Below are positions 44,110 through 54,317 of a stretch of DNA of 64,000 nucleotides, piece after piece (within the stretch, counting starts at the first letter, position 1; the number at the start of each line of letters is the position of its first letter). This DNA comes from a virus. The notes under the pieces were generated by a model. It saw only the letters and a program-made list of their open reading frames with translations. It ran no database searches and had not been told where the DNA came from. A program made the position numbers and the translations under genes. The stretch is taken from IMG/VR virus record IMGVR_UViG_3300025266_000005, positions 3,708 to 67,707 of that record; one strand, written 5' to 3'.

Positions 44110-47040
44110 CTAGGTCCAATCACCAGATATCACATTAACGAAGGTCATTGTTCCAGTACCTACGCTTGCAGCCTCAGTTGTTGTGCTTCCCGAATCTATT
44201 GCGTAGGTGGTTAATACAGATCCTGATACAGTTAAGTTTCTAACAGATGCGTTGGTGTATATTGTGCCTCTGCGCGCAACCCGATTAACCCTGATATTTG
44301 CAGTGATGGATGTTGTGCCGGATTGGGCAATTGTTTCTCCGTCAATAACCGCAAAGAATGAATCAGCAGCATCACGTTCAATTTTAATGGTGTGCCAGTT
44401 TCCATCCAGCAGTCCGGTTTTAGGGTAGTTAAACGTAGTGGGGCTTATCCACGTTCTAACGATGACGCCTGTTGCATTAACTTCTACCCTTGCGTCCGCG
44501 CTACCAGATTCGCCTACAACTATTCCACCTGTTGTAGTCTTAACCTCAAATTGCACCCAATCACCTATACCAGTTACTCCATCACGAACTATCATGTCTG
44601 GAGATATGGACGCATAGGAATCTACGCCGTTGAATGTTACATACGGTATCGCCTCTTCAACTGTTAAGGTTGCAGCCGTACCTGTGACGCTACCTTTATT
44701 GCTACTAACAATCGGGTAGTATTGATCCCCGTTATCTGCAAGAGATACGGCTGATAAGGTTAAAAGCCTTGAAGTCGCGCCACTTACCGGAGTATTGGCG
44801 GGTGAGTTATACCACTGATATGCGTCTATTGGCTCTATGTAGGCATTAATAGAAAACACAGCGTCATCACCTTCACGAGCTAATTGGTTTTCTGCTTGAT
44901 CTATTATATTTATGCCTTTGTCAGTAAACCTAAACCCCTCTTTTATGTATGAGTGAGCATCGCGATCTAATGTTATCCAGTTACCTTTATGCCTTGGCAA
45001 AAGTAGCGCTGCAAAATCATCAGTTGTTCCACCGCTATGAAACTCAGTCATGTAGGAGTCTATGTCTCTCGTTGCTTCAACATAACCAGTTTCATTTATT
45101 GCGTTTCCATAAACCGCTATAGACTGTCCCGCTGTAATGCCGGACTCTTGGATAGTCGATTCTGTACCTTCAAAGATATTGTATTTAACATCCGAGTCGG
45201 TAAATAGACCGCCTAATAAAACAGTTCTCCTATCATCTACTACCGCATCAGTGAATATGGTAGAAACCCAATTATATTGAGCATCTAAATCTTCATGGTC
45301 TTGGAACCACATGGGCCATGAAAGCCCCCGGTTGGTTGGTTTGTTTTGACCAACGCCAGCGAAAACATTATCACCGACTATAAAGCGACCGAACCTAGGC
45401 AGGGATGTGCTTGATACGTTACCTCTCGCCTCAATACCTATCTCACCACCCACATAAAGATTTCCTGTATATGCGCAGTCATATGCGTTCAGTAGGTCAT
45501 CATCATCATTAATGTTTTTATTGTGGGTTGATGATGGGTTTATAGATACGTTATCAACGCAGTAGTATTTTTTTGGCTGTAATGCATAGCTTGAGTGGCT
45601 TGTGAACACGCCACCATACAACCTTACTCTAACCTGATTTCCTGCTGTAGCGTTATCGGCTGAAAAATCTGTAGCGGGAATGGTTATTGTTGATCCTGTA
45701 TAACTTAAAACCTCAATCTCTACCTCAACAGCGCCATCCGTTGTAACATAAATATAGACGCCATCAGGCATATTGCTCGGCAGGGTTCTTGTAAACACAA
45801 CTTGCGTTTCAGCAGCGCCACTTAATGTTGTAGCTAACTCATCAACGAATTGACCAGAATATGCAAACGTATTATCAGTTCCGTCATACCTGTCATAATA
45901 ACCGCAGTGATAAAAAAGGTTTTCCTGCTGTAAATACCTTGTTTTCTGACCGTAACTACCAACAGCAAAGTTGCCATAGTTTCTATAGAATGTGTTTCTA
46001 CGTTCATGAAAGTTTTCTACGACCGACGATGTGTTTATTGAAACACTAAACCAATCCATTCGACACCCTTCAATTAGGGTGTTGTACATTGTTGGCGCAT
46101 TAGAATAGGAAAAATAAAAGCTTGCTGCTGCAACGTTGTTCCATCCAGCAAAATCAGGGCTTGATGGGTCCCTTACCGTACAAGATGCGTGGATATGGGC
46201 AATTATGAAGTTATCACCCCTTCCAACCTGTCCAACCTGAGTAACATTATCAAACATGGTTGAATTACTACCCTGCTTCTTAAAGGCAATAAATGGCCTG
46301 CCAAGTGCCGGATTCCCATAAGCAGTAATAATATGACTTTCAAGCAGGCTTTTACCTGCTGGCAAGTTGTTTATTTCTCCTGTTTGCTCAAATGAATCGC
46401 CATAGCGAAGCAATACAACATCATTCTCACCTTCGCGCATCTGAGCGATAGCCGCTTGATGCGTTCTATAAGCAACCTGCCCCTCATCGGCAAACCAGTC
46501 TGTAAACGCTGAGCCGTCACCATAAATGTATGGCGTAGCGGCGCCATCATCACCCGATTCAGATACGTACATAACGCGACTTGTTGCGGATATAGATAAA
46601 ATCGTCCATCCATCGTTATCTTGTGGTCGAGTGACGATCTCACTCATCCATGCCTGGGTGTAACTTGGCGTTGGGAACAGACTAGAGGCTGGAGCAACAT
46701 TAACCGCCACGGTTCTAAACAGAGGTGTAATCGTAAAGCCTGAAGGAACATTGATAATATCCAGTGTAACGCCCTGCCCATCTTCAACCGTTATAGTGTG
46801 AATATTAACCGTATAAACAGCCCCAACCTTCGATACAACACCCTTGCTCGCACCTGTCACAACAAAATTTGAAGTGTTTAAACCCGGATCAATATCAAAC
46901 GTGGCTGTTAATTGCGTGGTTGAAACCGTGCCACTTGTGCCGTTTGCCGTTAGGGATTGGAAGGCTATGGGTGTGTTTGTTGGTGGCGTGAACGAGCGCT
47001 TACCTCTCCAGTTTAATGCAAGGTCTAGGCATAGATTCAT
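44110..47040 (-). CDS. Large multidomain fibre/depolymerase-like protein (shared N-domain, beta-helix, Ig, LamG-like)
   Basis: Start MNLCLDLALNW with GGAG RBS; MYVSESGDD and VLLRYGD lyase-type motifs; AYQWY...DNGDQYY Ig motif; TFNGVDSY...DGNWHTIKIER LamG-like motif. Confidence 0.75.
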   Translation of the reverse strand: MNLCLDLALNWRGKRSFTPPTNTPIAFQSLTANGTSGTVSTTQLTATFDIDPGLNTSNFVVTGASKGVVSKVGAVYTVNIHTITVEDGQGVTLDIINVPSGFTITPLFRTVAVNVAPASSLFPTPSYTQAWMSEIVTRPQDNDGWTILSISATSRVMYVSESGDDGAATPYIYGDGSAFTDWFADEGQVAYRTHQAAIAQMREGENDVVLLRYGDSFEQTGEINNLPAGKSLLESHIITAYGNPALGRPFIAFKKQGSNSTMFDNVTQVGQVGRGDNFIIAHIHASCTVRDPSSPDFAGWNNVAAASFYFSYSNAPTMYNTLIEGCRMDWFSVSINTSSVVENFHERRNTFYRNYGNFAVGSYGQKTRYLQQENLFYHCGYYDRYDGTDNTFAYSGQFVDELATTLSGAAETQVVFTRTLPSNMPDGVYIYVTTDGAVEVEIEVLSYTGSTITIPATDFSADNATAGNQVRVRLYGGVFTSHSSYALQPKKYYCVDNVSINPSSTHNKNINDDDDLLNAYDCAYTGNLYVGGEIGIEARGNVSSTSLPRFGRFIVGDNVFAGVGQNKPTNRGLSWPMWFQDHEDLDAQYNWVSTIFTDAVVDDRRTVLLGGLFTDSDVKYNIFEGTESTIQESGITAGQSIAVYGNAINETGYVEATRDIDSYMTEFHSGGTTDDFAALLLPRHKGNWITLDRDAHSYIKEGFRFTDKGINIIDQAENQLAREGDDAVFSINAYIEPIDAYQWYNSPANTPVSGATSRLLTLSAVSLADNGDQYYPIVSSNKGSVTGTAATLTVEEAIPYVTFNGVDSYASISPDMIVRDGVTGIGDWVQFEVKTTTGGIVVGESGSADARVEVNATGVIVRTWISPTTFNYPKTGLLDGNWHTIKIERDAADSFFAVIDGETIAQSGTTSITANIRVNRVARRGTIYTNASVRNLTVSGSVLTTYAIDSGSTTTEAASVGTGTMTFVNVISGDWT
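46708..46964. repeat. Dispersed repeat copy 2 (shared fibre domain)
   Basis: Aligns with 1541-1797. Confidence 0.9.
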
Positions 47041-47057
47041 GTGAAACTCCGGGCAAT

Positions 47058-47081
47058 AAAAAACCCGCACTTGGCGGGTTT
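47058..47081 (-). terminator. Intrinsic terminator
   Basis: AAACCCGC-CAAGT-GCGGGTTT followed by TTT. Confidence 0.8.
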
Positions 47082-47103
47082 GTTTGGTGAGGGTGGTTGG
47101 TGG

Positions 47104-47622
47104 TTAAAGCTGTATCTGGCTTGCGTTTATAAACAAATCGTCAAACTGCTGCTGAGTCAGATTTAAACCGCTTTCACCAGCAAGTAGCTGCATTGTCGGG
47201 CTATCTTTCTGCCATGTATTTGCTGCATATAAAGCCTGCTCAGCAATTATTTTTGTTGTGGGATCTGGAATAGCATCAACAAGTGCAATCACAGTGGACC
47301 AATAGCCTGATATTTTTAGCTGCGCCGTTCCCTGTGCGCGACTCACTTGAGTTATCGGTTCCGGTGCGGGCGTAGGAATTTCATCCTGCCACCCAGAAGG
47401 AGTCTCATCCTCGGTCAATATTTCTTGTGATTCGACAATATTTTCAAACAGTCGGTAAACAGTTCGTTTTTCACCGCTATGAATAAAGGGTTCGCCATTG
47501 CGCACTGTAACGGGTTTACCGTCCAATTTAGCCGCAAGCAGAGACTGATATTGAGCATCGCTTATTTCAATACCACCATCAATCATTGACTGGCTTATCG
47601 TGTCATTTTTCATGTAAGGCAT
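47104..47622 (-). CDS. Tail fibre assembly chaperone
   Basis: IEISDAQYQSLL...GEP and VSRAQG...DDLFINASQI motifs. Confidence 0.7.
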   Translation of the reverse strand: MPYMKNDTISQSMIDGGIEISDAQYQSLLAAKLDGKPVTVRNGEPFIHSGEKRTVYRLFENIVESQEILTEDETPSGWQDEIPTPAPEPITQVSRAQGTAQLKISGYWSTVIALVDAIPDPTTKIIAEQALYAANTWQKDSPTMQLLAGESGLNLTQQQFDDLFINASQIQL

Positions 47623-48131
47623 TATGCGGTCCTCTCTTCAAAAATATGTCCACAGATAGCTGTTTTTTTGGCATCAATGTATGCCGAATGAGCATCCTCG
47701 ATCTTGTCAAACGTCCCTCTGTGCTTATTTCTATATATCGCCATGTATTTTCCTGACTGCGTTTTATGCACACCCATTGGAATGGCCCTTATCTTTGGAG
47801 GTTTAGCGTTTGCTCTATTTTCCCACTGGTCCGCCAGTCTTAGGTTTTCAATTGAATTATTCAAAGGGTTCCCATCAATGTGGTCTATATGTTTTGTGGG
47901 TAAGACCTTGTTAAAAAACAGCCAAACCAAATGATGCATAAAATAGTATCGTCCAAATATAACGGTATGGGCATAGCCGTCAGGCCTTATAGATCCGACA
48001 TCACTACCTACTTTCGCTCTACCCCTAGACTTAGACCACACCAATCTGCCATCAATTAACCGGTAATACTCAGTGACAAACTTGTAAAGGTTTTTCTCAT
48101 CTTCTTTGGTATGACTCTTTAGTAAACTCAT
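47622..48131 (-). CDS. HNH homing-type endonuclease
   Basis: HHLVW...IDHIDGNPLNNSIENLR plus AP2-like tail. Confidence 0.9.
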   Translation of the reverse strand: MSLLKSHTKEDEKNLYKFVTEYYRLIDGRLVWSKSRGRAKVGSDVGSIRPDGYAHTVIFGRYYFMHHLVWLFFNKVLPTKHIDHIDGNPLNNSIENLRLADQWENRANAKPPKIRAIPMGVHKTQSGKYMAIYRNKHRGTFDKIEDAHSAYIDAKKTAICGHIFEERTA

Positions 48132-49201
48132 GCTATTCTCATATAATAGGTTGCACCTATGTTTCTAGGGCGTGACTCATCGCCGCCACTAGAAGCTGTC
48201 GTGCCGGTGTTAGCCGCTCCTGAGCCAGATCCGGGATAAATGGTTGCAGCCTCCAATACAGTCTGTCGAAATGGATAGGTGTGGGTGTGAGATAGATTTT
48301 GGCTTGATTGTTCTGCACCTGACGACCCTGGTCGAATGAATGGGCGCGATGTATTAATTAATGGAACTGTTTGCCCATCCATAGGGCTTTCAGCGTGGGA
48401 TATGACAGCTGTGGCAGCGATATTAGGCGATGTACCACTTACGGACTCACTGGTTAATAGTCCCTCGTTATATTCACCAACGCCGGACTCTCCCGCTGTT
48501 AAAAGGATATATTTTTCATCGCCAGCATTTGATGGAACTGTAACACCAGTAATATGTGAAAATATTGGAAATGGCCATCCTATAGGTAGCGTTTTAAGCA
48601 AGTCTGCCTTTATCTGTGTTATTTCATTGTTGATTTCAACAGTGCTGAATGTCAGTGTGTCAAATCTGCTACTAAAGGCGTTATAAGTAACCCGCTGAAT
48701 ACTTCCCGCTGGCCAGTCACCAGTAACCAAAGCGTCTCCATTATTCTTTTCAACTGGCGCTGGACCGGCACCAAAATCCAGCGTCACCGCCCCGGTGTTT
48801 GTGCTCACAACCGTTAAAACATAAACCGCTTTATCCACATAGGCGCTAACAGGTGGCACAGCCTCAGCCGTGACATCGTTAATACCCTGAACATTGATTA
48901 AGTTAATAGTGGGCGAATCTGCAAGCTCTCCACGCTGCAAGTCCTGCAGCTTTTGAGCGCCGTTACTGTCTTCAACTTTTAGAGAGTATCTAGCGGGAAC
49001 CCATATCTTGTTTTGAGCGCGACCATAGCTATCGGTACGTTGTGGATTGGCAATTGGCACAGTCAATTCGCGATCCGAATAAATCACTATCGGGTTAAGC
49101 TTTGGATCTTGCCCCGCCGCACCAACATAGATATACCCATTAACAATAGGCTTTCCGTCCGTGCCCTGAAACGACTCATGCTCGCTTATCATTGATGCCA
49201 T
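48128..49201 (-). CDS. Tail fibre with P22 tailspike-type head-binding domain
   Basis: GKPIVNGYIYVG...DP...IANPQRT...YSLKVEDSNG; C-terminal SHTH...ESRPRNI fibre tip. Confidence 0.8.
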   Translation of the reverse strand: MASMISEHESFQGTDGKPIVNGYIYVGAAGQDPKLNPIVIYSDRELTVPIANPQRTDSYGRAQNKIWVPARYSLKVEDSNGAQKLQDLQRGELADSPTINLINVQGINDVTAEAVPPVSAYVDKAVYVLTVVSTNTGAVTLDFGAGPAPVEKNNGDALVTGDWPAGSIQRVTYNAFSSRFDTLTFSTVEINNEITQIKADLLKTLPIGWPFPIFSHITGVTVPSNAGDEKYILLTAGESGVGEYNEGLLTSESVSGTSPNIAATAVISHAESPMDGQTVPLINTSRPFIRPGSSGAEQSSQNLSHTHTYPFRQTVLEAATIYPGSGSGAANTGTTASSGGDESRPRNIGATYYMRIA

Positions 49202-49239
49202 GTTATTGCCCTAATTGGTAATTGTGATATATTCGGGTA

Positions 49240-49566
49240 ATGCGTTTACTTATCATTCTTTCTGTTGCTCTCTTGGCTGGTTGTCAGTCTCAAGCTGTGC
49301 GCACAGCTAACCATCACACGCAATGCGATGATTATGGTTTTGTTAAAGGAACTGCTGAATATGGCCAGTGCATGATGGCACTGGATGAAAAAGATACTGC
49401 TGAGCGTCTTCGTAAAGCGGCGTTGATTCAAAATCTTGGCAACACAATTGAAGTTCCTGCGCCGCAACATCCTCAGTTGCCGCCTTCTCAACCAGTTCCT
49501 AACTACCCTTCCTTAAACTGCACATCAACCACGGTTGGTAATCAGGTTTATACTCGGTGTAATTAA
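49240..49566 (+). CDS. Lipoprotein moron
   Basis: LLAGC lipobox; CDDYGF...YGQCMM; opposite strand to the late operon. Confidence 0.8.
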   Translation: MRLLIILSVALLAGCQSQAVRTANHHTQCDDYGFVKGTAEYGQCMMALDEKDTAERLRKAALIQNLGNTIEVPAPQHPQLPPSQPVPNYPSLNCTSTTVGNQVYTRCN

Positions 49567-49670
49567 TGGAGTTTCTGGCCTTTATCGCGCTCTGCTATTT
49601 CTTTCCGGAAGTAATGGCTGTTGTCTTGGTCATTGTTGTTCTTGGCTCTGTTGTTGAATACTATCGTTAA
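49566..49670 (+). CDS. 34-aa hydrophobic peptide coupled to the lipoprotein
   Basis: TAATG overlap; MEFLAFIALCYFFPEVMAVVLVIVVLGSVVEYYR. Confidence 0.45.
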   Translation: MEFLAFIALCYFFPEVMAVVLVIVVLGSVVEYYR

Positions 49671-51756
49671 ACTCATCTTGCTCGATATCATTTAACAACT
49701 GCGTAAACGCTCTGGCTGCTGCAGGGGTATCTGACTTTAGCTGTCTCAATGCTCGCATTTCTGGCTGCCATTTTGGATCATAAAGTGCTTTTGCTAAGAC
49801 AGAAACGCGACTATTAAATGACGCATCCTCACCTGCCATGGTTATCATGCTGACACCTTTATCAACAGCTCCAGATATAGGGTTGCGAAGCCAATCACGG
49901 AATCCTTGAACCAGCCCACCTTTTAATTCACTCTTAATTTCTTCGCGCGCTGCCGTTTGTGATCCACCTGGACGGCCTAATCTGGCACGACCTAATGCGG
50001 TCTTTAAGTACTGCATGTTTTTACGCTGCTCAGCTGTGAGCGCATTCATCAACACTGTTTCACTTTTAGCGTTAGGGAATAGCGCCCGGTAAAGCTGTCC
50101 TGGCAGGTTTTCGACGGTTCCTGATTCGGTAGTCGCTTTGATTGAACCTAACCGGCGTTCCAATTCCGTACGCACAATTTCATTCCAGGCATCGGGATCC
50201 GTATTGGTGATGGCCTCTCTCGCTTTCAAAACAACTTGCGGATTAGTCTGGGCAGGGTCAAATATCTTACTGGTGACGCTTTTCAGCTGTGTATCGTCCA
50301 AATCCGCTATCTTGCCAACGATTGAGTCTTGAAGAGCCGAAACAGGCGGAGATTCGGCTGCAAACAATTCTCTGGCTGCCCGGTAGTCTGGGCTTGCTTC
50401 ATCCATTTGTTGCAGGAGTAAGTCTTTGATTTCGGTTACTTGTCGTTTAGTGGTATTGCCTAACGCGTTTTCGCCTTGTTTGCTGAGCATTTGGTCTAAT
50501 TCAAGCTTGGCATTGTGAAGCAGTTTTAAGGTGGGCTTTTCGATAACGGTTTTACCATCCACTTCTTTCGCTTTGCCGGTCATTAATGCATTAACTTTTT
50601 TCAGTGTTTTTGACACCTCGCCCGATTCTGGCAAGTCATCTAATGATGATTTTATGTAATCTTTGATAGGCGCTATATTCACATCAGCTGACTTCTCAAA
50701 TGCTGACTTATAAAGCGGTGATGTTTTTTCTGCTCTTATCCGTTTTGCGTTATCAATCGCTGCCTGCGCTGCTGAGCGTGTACGACTTTGGGCTGTCACC
50801 ACAGATTCAGGCGGGGCAATGGTATTAAGGAAGTTCTCAACTGCATCGCCTGCCGCTTTATTTTGACCTCTTAAGGCTTTTACAGCTGATTTGGTTCCTG
50901 CTGGCAATTGAGCGACAAATGATTGCTTTTCCAGTGTTGCTGGCACGCCGGTTTTTTGTGCTTGAAATAATGGCACGCCGGTTTGCTCACTGGCTTCTTT
51001 CGCCACAGCAACATTATCTGAAACTTGAGCAATATCATCTGTCATCGCGCCAAATTGTTTAGCGTTACGTGATGCCCTGAAACCTTGAATGGCTGGAGCA
51101 ATGGCCTCTGCTGCGCCGCCTGCCATCATAGCCACGCCAGTTGAAACCGGATCGCGCTCTTCTCGACCCAATGCAATACCACCTTCCTGCAATAGCTGTT
51201 CTGTTGCACCCGCGCCAGCCGCACCCATGCCTATTTTAGCCATGAGCGTTTTACCAAGGCTGGCAAGTTTTGCTGCAGGGATAAATGCCAATACTTGGGC
51301 TGTTGCTGTCATAGCGTCTTGTGGAGAGAATCCTGGACGATTTAATACTGAGCGGCGCATTTCTCCTGAGTCAGTTGGCACTTCAATAATTACCGTTCCA
51401 TCATCTGTTTGTTCAAAGCGCGCCTCTGGCACCGCCTGCTTGATCATATCCATCTGCGCTTTAGGGTCAAACGTAGACAAAAAGCCTGCCGCTATACGTG
51501 GTGTGTCACCTTCTTTAGTTGTGCCAAATTCAGGTAGTTCAGCTAATTCAGGGTTGTTTTGTTTTCTGGCTGAGCCGGTGAAAAATTCGCCCCATCCAGG
51601 CTGTGCTTTTACAGGAGTTTGATTTGGGTCAGGTATTAACTTTCCCTTAACTTCATAACCGCTAAAAAGGTCAGCCTCCTTGCTCTTTTCGACAGGCTCA
51701 GGAATGACTTTGCCTTTTACCTCGTAACCCTCAAGCAAGTCATCATATTCACTCAT
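49630..51756 (-). CDS. DNA ejection protein (P22 gp16 position)
   Basis: LNRPGFSPQD motif, Ala/Gly-rich hydrophobic segment, synteny. Confidence 0.75.
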   Translation of the reverse strand: MSEYDDLLEGYEVKGKVIPEPVEKSKEADLFSGYEVKGKLIPDPNQTPVKAQPGWGEFFTGSARKQNNPELAELPEFGTTKEGDTPRIAAGFLSTFDPKAQMDMIKQAVPEARFEQTDDGTVIIEVPTDSGEMRRSVLNRPGFSPQDAMTATAQVLAFIPAAKLASLGKTLMAKIGMGAAGAGATEQLLQEGGIALGREERDPVSTGVAMMAGGAAEAIAPAIQGFRASRNAKQFGAMTDDIAQVSDNVAVAKEASEQTGVPLFQAQKTGVPATLEKQSFVAQLPAGTKSAVKALRGQNKAAGDAVENFLNTIAPPESVVTAQSRTRSAAQAAIDNAKRIRAEKTSPLYKSAFEKSADVNIAPIKDYIKSSLDDLPESGEVSKTLKKVNALMTGKAKEVDGKTVIEKPTLKLLHNAKLELDQMLSKQGENALGNTTKRQVTEIKDLLLQQMDEASPDYRAARELFAAESPPVSALQDSIVGKIADLDDTQLKSVTSKIFDPAQTNPQVVLKAREAITNTDPDAWNEIVRTELERRLGSIKATTESGTVENLPGQLYRALFPNAKSETVLMNALTAEQRKNMQYLKTALGRARLGRPGGSQTAAREEIKSELKGGLVQGFRDWLRNPISGAVDKGVSMITMAGEDASFNSRVSVLAKALYDPKWQPEMRALRQLKSDTPAAARAFTQLLNDIEQDEFNDSIQQQSQEQQ

Positions 51757-53137
51757 TTATCTTTCTCCACGCATCAATCACTTCCTGCTCGGTTATACCG
51801 GGCCGCTTACGTTCAGCGTTTTCTTTAAACTCATAAAAGAACACCGGCAATCCTGTAGCTGGGTTTTTAACGGCACTTGATAGCAATGGCGTTTCACGCT
51901 TAAAGTTATTCCATTCAGTGCGGGCTTTACTAAAGCTTACAATCTCATCATTTTCACGTTGAGCATCCATTTTGCTCTGAATGAAATCAGCCATTTCAAT
52001 GTCACGCATGGCAAGGGCTTTCATTGCGTTGATCTTGAATTTGCCGCCCTCTGGTGTATCACCAAGATTAGCAATGGTTTGTCTAGCGCGAGCCGCATCT
52101 TGCTCAGTTTGCGGGCCTTTTGCAGCGTTTAAAACTTTATTAACCAATGTATTTGCCACTGCGTTATACGCCTGAGCGTTCGATACATTAGCAATTCCAC
52201 TAGCATCCACACCAAACCCTTCAACTATTGCCGCCATTGCCACTTTTGCAGGCTCAATCGCGCCAGTCTGAACATCAATCAATTCAAGCTGTGAAAGGTT
52301 GTCCAGTGTCTCCTGTGAGTTGCTAGCCTTTTCAAGAACCTGACCATATTGCTTGGCATCAATTTTGGCTATTTCCTCGCGCTCCTTATCTTCGCCGCCA
52401 CTATTAACATTCATATTGACACTAGTTGAAGATTTACCGGCTGACGCTATTTGCTGTTTCTGCGCCAATGCCTCAGGTGATAAAACGCCATTAACATTAT
52501 TGCGAATAGCTTCTTGATATTCGGGCGTACCAGGCTTCAGCCCTGCTGCTTGCAACTGCTGCTCTAAGGCGGTTGGTTTTGGTGCTTCAGGGAATAATGC
52601 TTTAGCATCAGCTCCCATCACCTGCATGCCCTGCAGTCGCAAATCAAGCTGCTCTTCTGGTAGGTTGGCAAGCTCAATATAAGGGGTTGGGTCTTCGCCA
52701 TCCATGATGGCTTGATTAGCTAGCTCAGTAATAGCGTTGATTTTTTCAGGGTGTGACTTTTGCTTACTGATAAACGCTGATTCTCTCATGCGTCTATCGA
52801 CCTCAGTTTTGGCCTGCTCCTGCTCCAGCTTATCGCCGCGCTCCATAACACCTTGCAGTGTCTTGGCAAGCTCCGGATTTATTTGAGCTATACGCATCAA
52901 CTGCTCTTGGCCCATTTGAGGATTGCCGTTGATGCCTGGGGTTGCGCCCGGCATACCTCCCTGACCGCCCTGCTGACCTACACCAAGAATCTGAGCTATT
53001 TGCTGCTGCTGTGCCGCCTTCGCTTCTTCTGCGCGCTTGCGGTCCATCATGCCGCCAAAGGCCTGAGAGAGCATACCAAGCCCACCATCAAAGCTTGGAA
53101 CTAATGACGCGCCATTCACGTTTTCAAGCGTTGCCAT
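51749..53137 (-). CDS. DNA ejection protein (P22 gp20 position)
   Basis: Gln/Ala-rich helical protein with KGPQTEQDA motif; synteny. Confidence 0.7.
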   Translation of the reverse strand: MATLENVNGASLVPSFDGGLGMLSQAFGGMMDRKRAEEAKAAQQQQIAQILGVGQQGGQGGMPGATPGINGNPQMGQEQLMRIAQINPELAKTLQGVMERGDKLEQEQAKTEVDRRMRESAFISKQKSHPEKINAITELANQAIMDGEDPTPYIELANLPEEQLDLRLQGMQVMGADAKALFPEAPKPTALEQQLQAAGLKPGTPEYQEAIRNNVNGVLSPEALAQKQQIASAGKSSTSVNMNVNSGGEDKEREEIAKIDAKQYGQVLEKASNSQETLDNLSQLELIDVQTGAIEPAKVAMAAIVEGFGVDASGIANVSNAQAYNAVANTLVNKVLNAAKGPQTEQDAARARQTIANLGDTPEGGKFKINAMKALAMRDIEMADFIQSKMDAQRENDEIVSFSKARTEWNNFKRETPLLSSAVKNPATGLPVFFYEFKENAERKRPGITEQEVIDAWRKINE

Positions 53138-53962
53138 TTATGCGGCCTCCACTAATGTTTTTGATTCAAGCTCATCCAGTAGTGCCGGATAATCGATTAT
53201 CATGAAGCCGCCAAACTCGCCAACATGCTGCGGGTATTTATCCTGCACCTCATCTGCCATAAACCCGATAGTTGAACAGCCTTCGACCAGCGTGCCTTTG
53301 GTTTCCGGCATCCAGTCCCATTGATACACATTTAAGTCATGGATGGATGAAACCTGTTCAACATTCTCCTTCAGGCGCGGATCAGAGAAACCCATAAACA
53401 TTGAACCAATCGTTGCTGCAGTATTGAGCATATTTTGCTGGCCCTGGGCTTTGGCTTGCTGGTCCGTGATAATGCCGCTTGAAACAGCGTTACCTGATGC
53501 GCTCATCATATTGCCGATATTGGCTGAGTTTTGCTGCCCCATCTGACCTAGTCCCGTTGCCGCATTAAGGCCGGTGTTCATTAAGTTGGTCTGACGGCCA
53601 TTGAGCATCTGCTCCAGCATTAAACCTAAGTCCGTTGGCACTCTTGCCGCTTCCTGCATAGCCGTACCTGAGCGCGTCAATCCGCCTGCAGCTAGTTGAC
53701 CCTGCACACCACGCTGACGCTCATCGACCAGTGAGCCGAATATGTCGCTGTTAAATATCTGAGCGAGCATTTCATCCATGCCGCCAACTGTGGCTCCGGC
53801 CTCAACACCAGGAACAGCACCTTGCCCAGCTTCCAGAAATGGCGCAATGTTTTTCTGTGTCGTGTCAAACTGCCGCCGCATTTCTGCGATTGATGCGTCA
53901 TTAGCCTGAACCTGTGCTTCGGCTGCCCTTTTTCCTGCTTTATCGCCTTTACCGCCGCCCAT
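53138..53962 (-). CDS. DNA ejection protein (P22 gp7-like) with C-terminal peptidase S74 chaperone domain
   Basis: MGGGKG, APFLEAG, AAGGLTRSG; then SDPRLKENV...GFMADEV...DY. Confidence 0.75.
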   Translation of the reverse strand: MGGGKGDKAGKRAAEAQVQANDASIAEMRRQFDTTQKNIAPFLEAGQGAVPGVEAGATVGGMDEMLAQIFNSDIFGSLVDERQRGVQGQLAAGGLTRSGTAMQEAARVPTDLGLMLEQMLNGRQTNLMNTGLNAATGLGQMGQQNSANIGNMMSASGNAVSSGIITDQQAKAQGQQNMLNTAATIGSMFMGFSDPRLKENVEQVSSIHDLNVYQWDWMPETKGTLVEGCSTIGFMADEVQDKYPQHVGEFGGFMIIDYPALLDELESKTLVEAA

Positions 53963-54317
53963 GTTTATGCACCTCATGCCAAATATAACCATCATCAGCA
54001 AGGTGGGTGTATGTCATTCCCGCCTTTGCCGCCATCATGCAAGCCGCCCTGTTGTCTCTTGGCGTCTCACCGTAAATCGTTTCGTAATCAGTATTGTTCC
54101 AAACCCACTCAAACACTTCTTTTGCCGCGTCAACGGCCTTTTTGCCTCTGACATTGACACCCATCTGGCAGTGCAGCATCAGCTTTCCGTCAACAGGCTC
54201 CAATATCCATAGTCCTTGCATATCATCCTGTATGAGGTAGTAACACTCTGACGATATGGCAAAGTTGAATTTGACCAACCGCTTGACCAGTCGATAATCA
54301 AACGTCCTCGTTATCAC
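53949..54317 (-). CDS. P22 gp14-like protein (DUF2824/GNAT-like)
   Basis: RGKKAVDA...WVW...NRAACMMAAKAG; synteny. Confidence 0.65.
   Translation of the reverse strand: MITRTFDYRLVKRLVKFNFAISSECYYLIQDDMQGLWILEPVDGKLMLHCQMGVNVRGKKAVDAAKEVFEWVWNNTDYETIYGETPRDNRAACMMAAKAGMTYTHLADDGYIWHEVHKHGRR

Noticed and set aside
1541-46964. Diversity-generating retroelement or invertible tail-fibre shufflon
   Set aside because: No reverse transcriptase or invertase in the window; the copies are direct, N-terminal, and their differences are not adenine-specific
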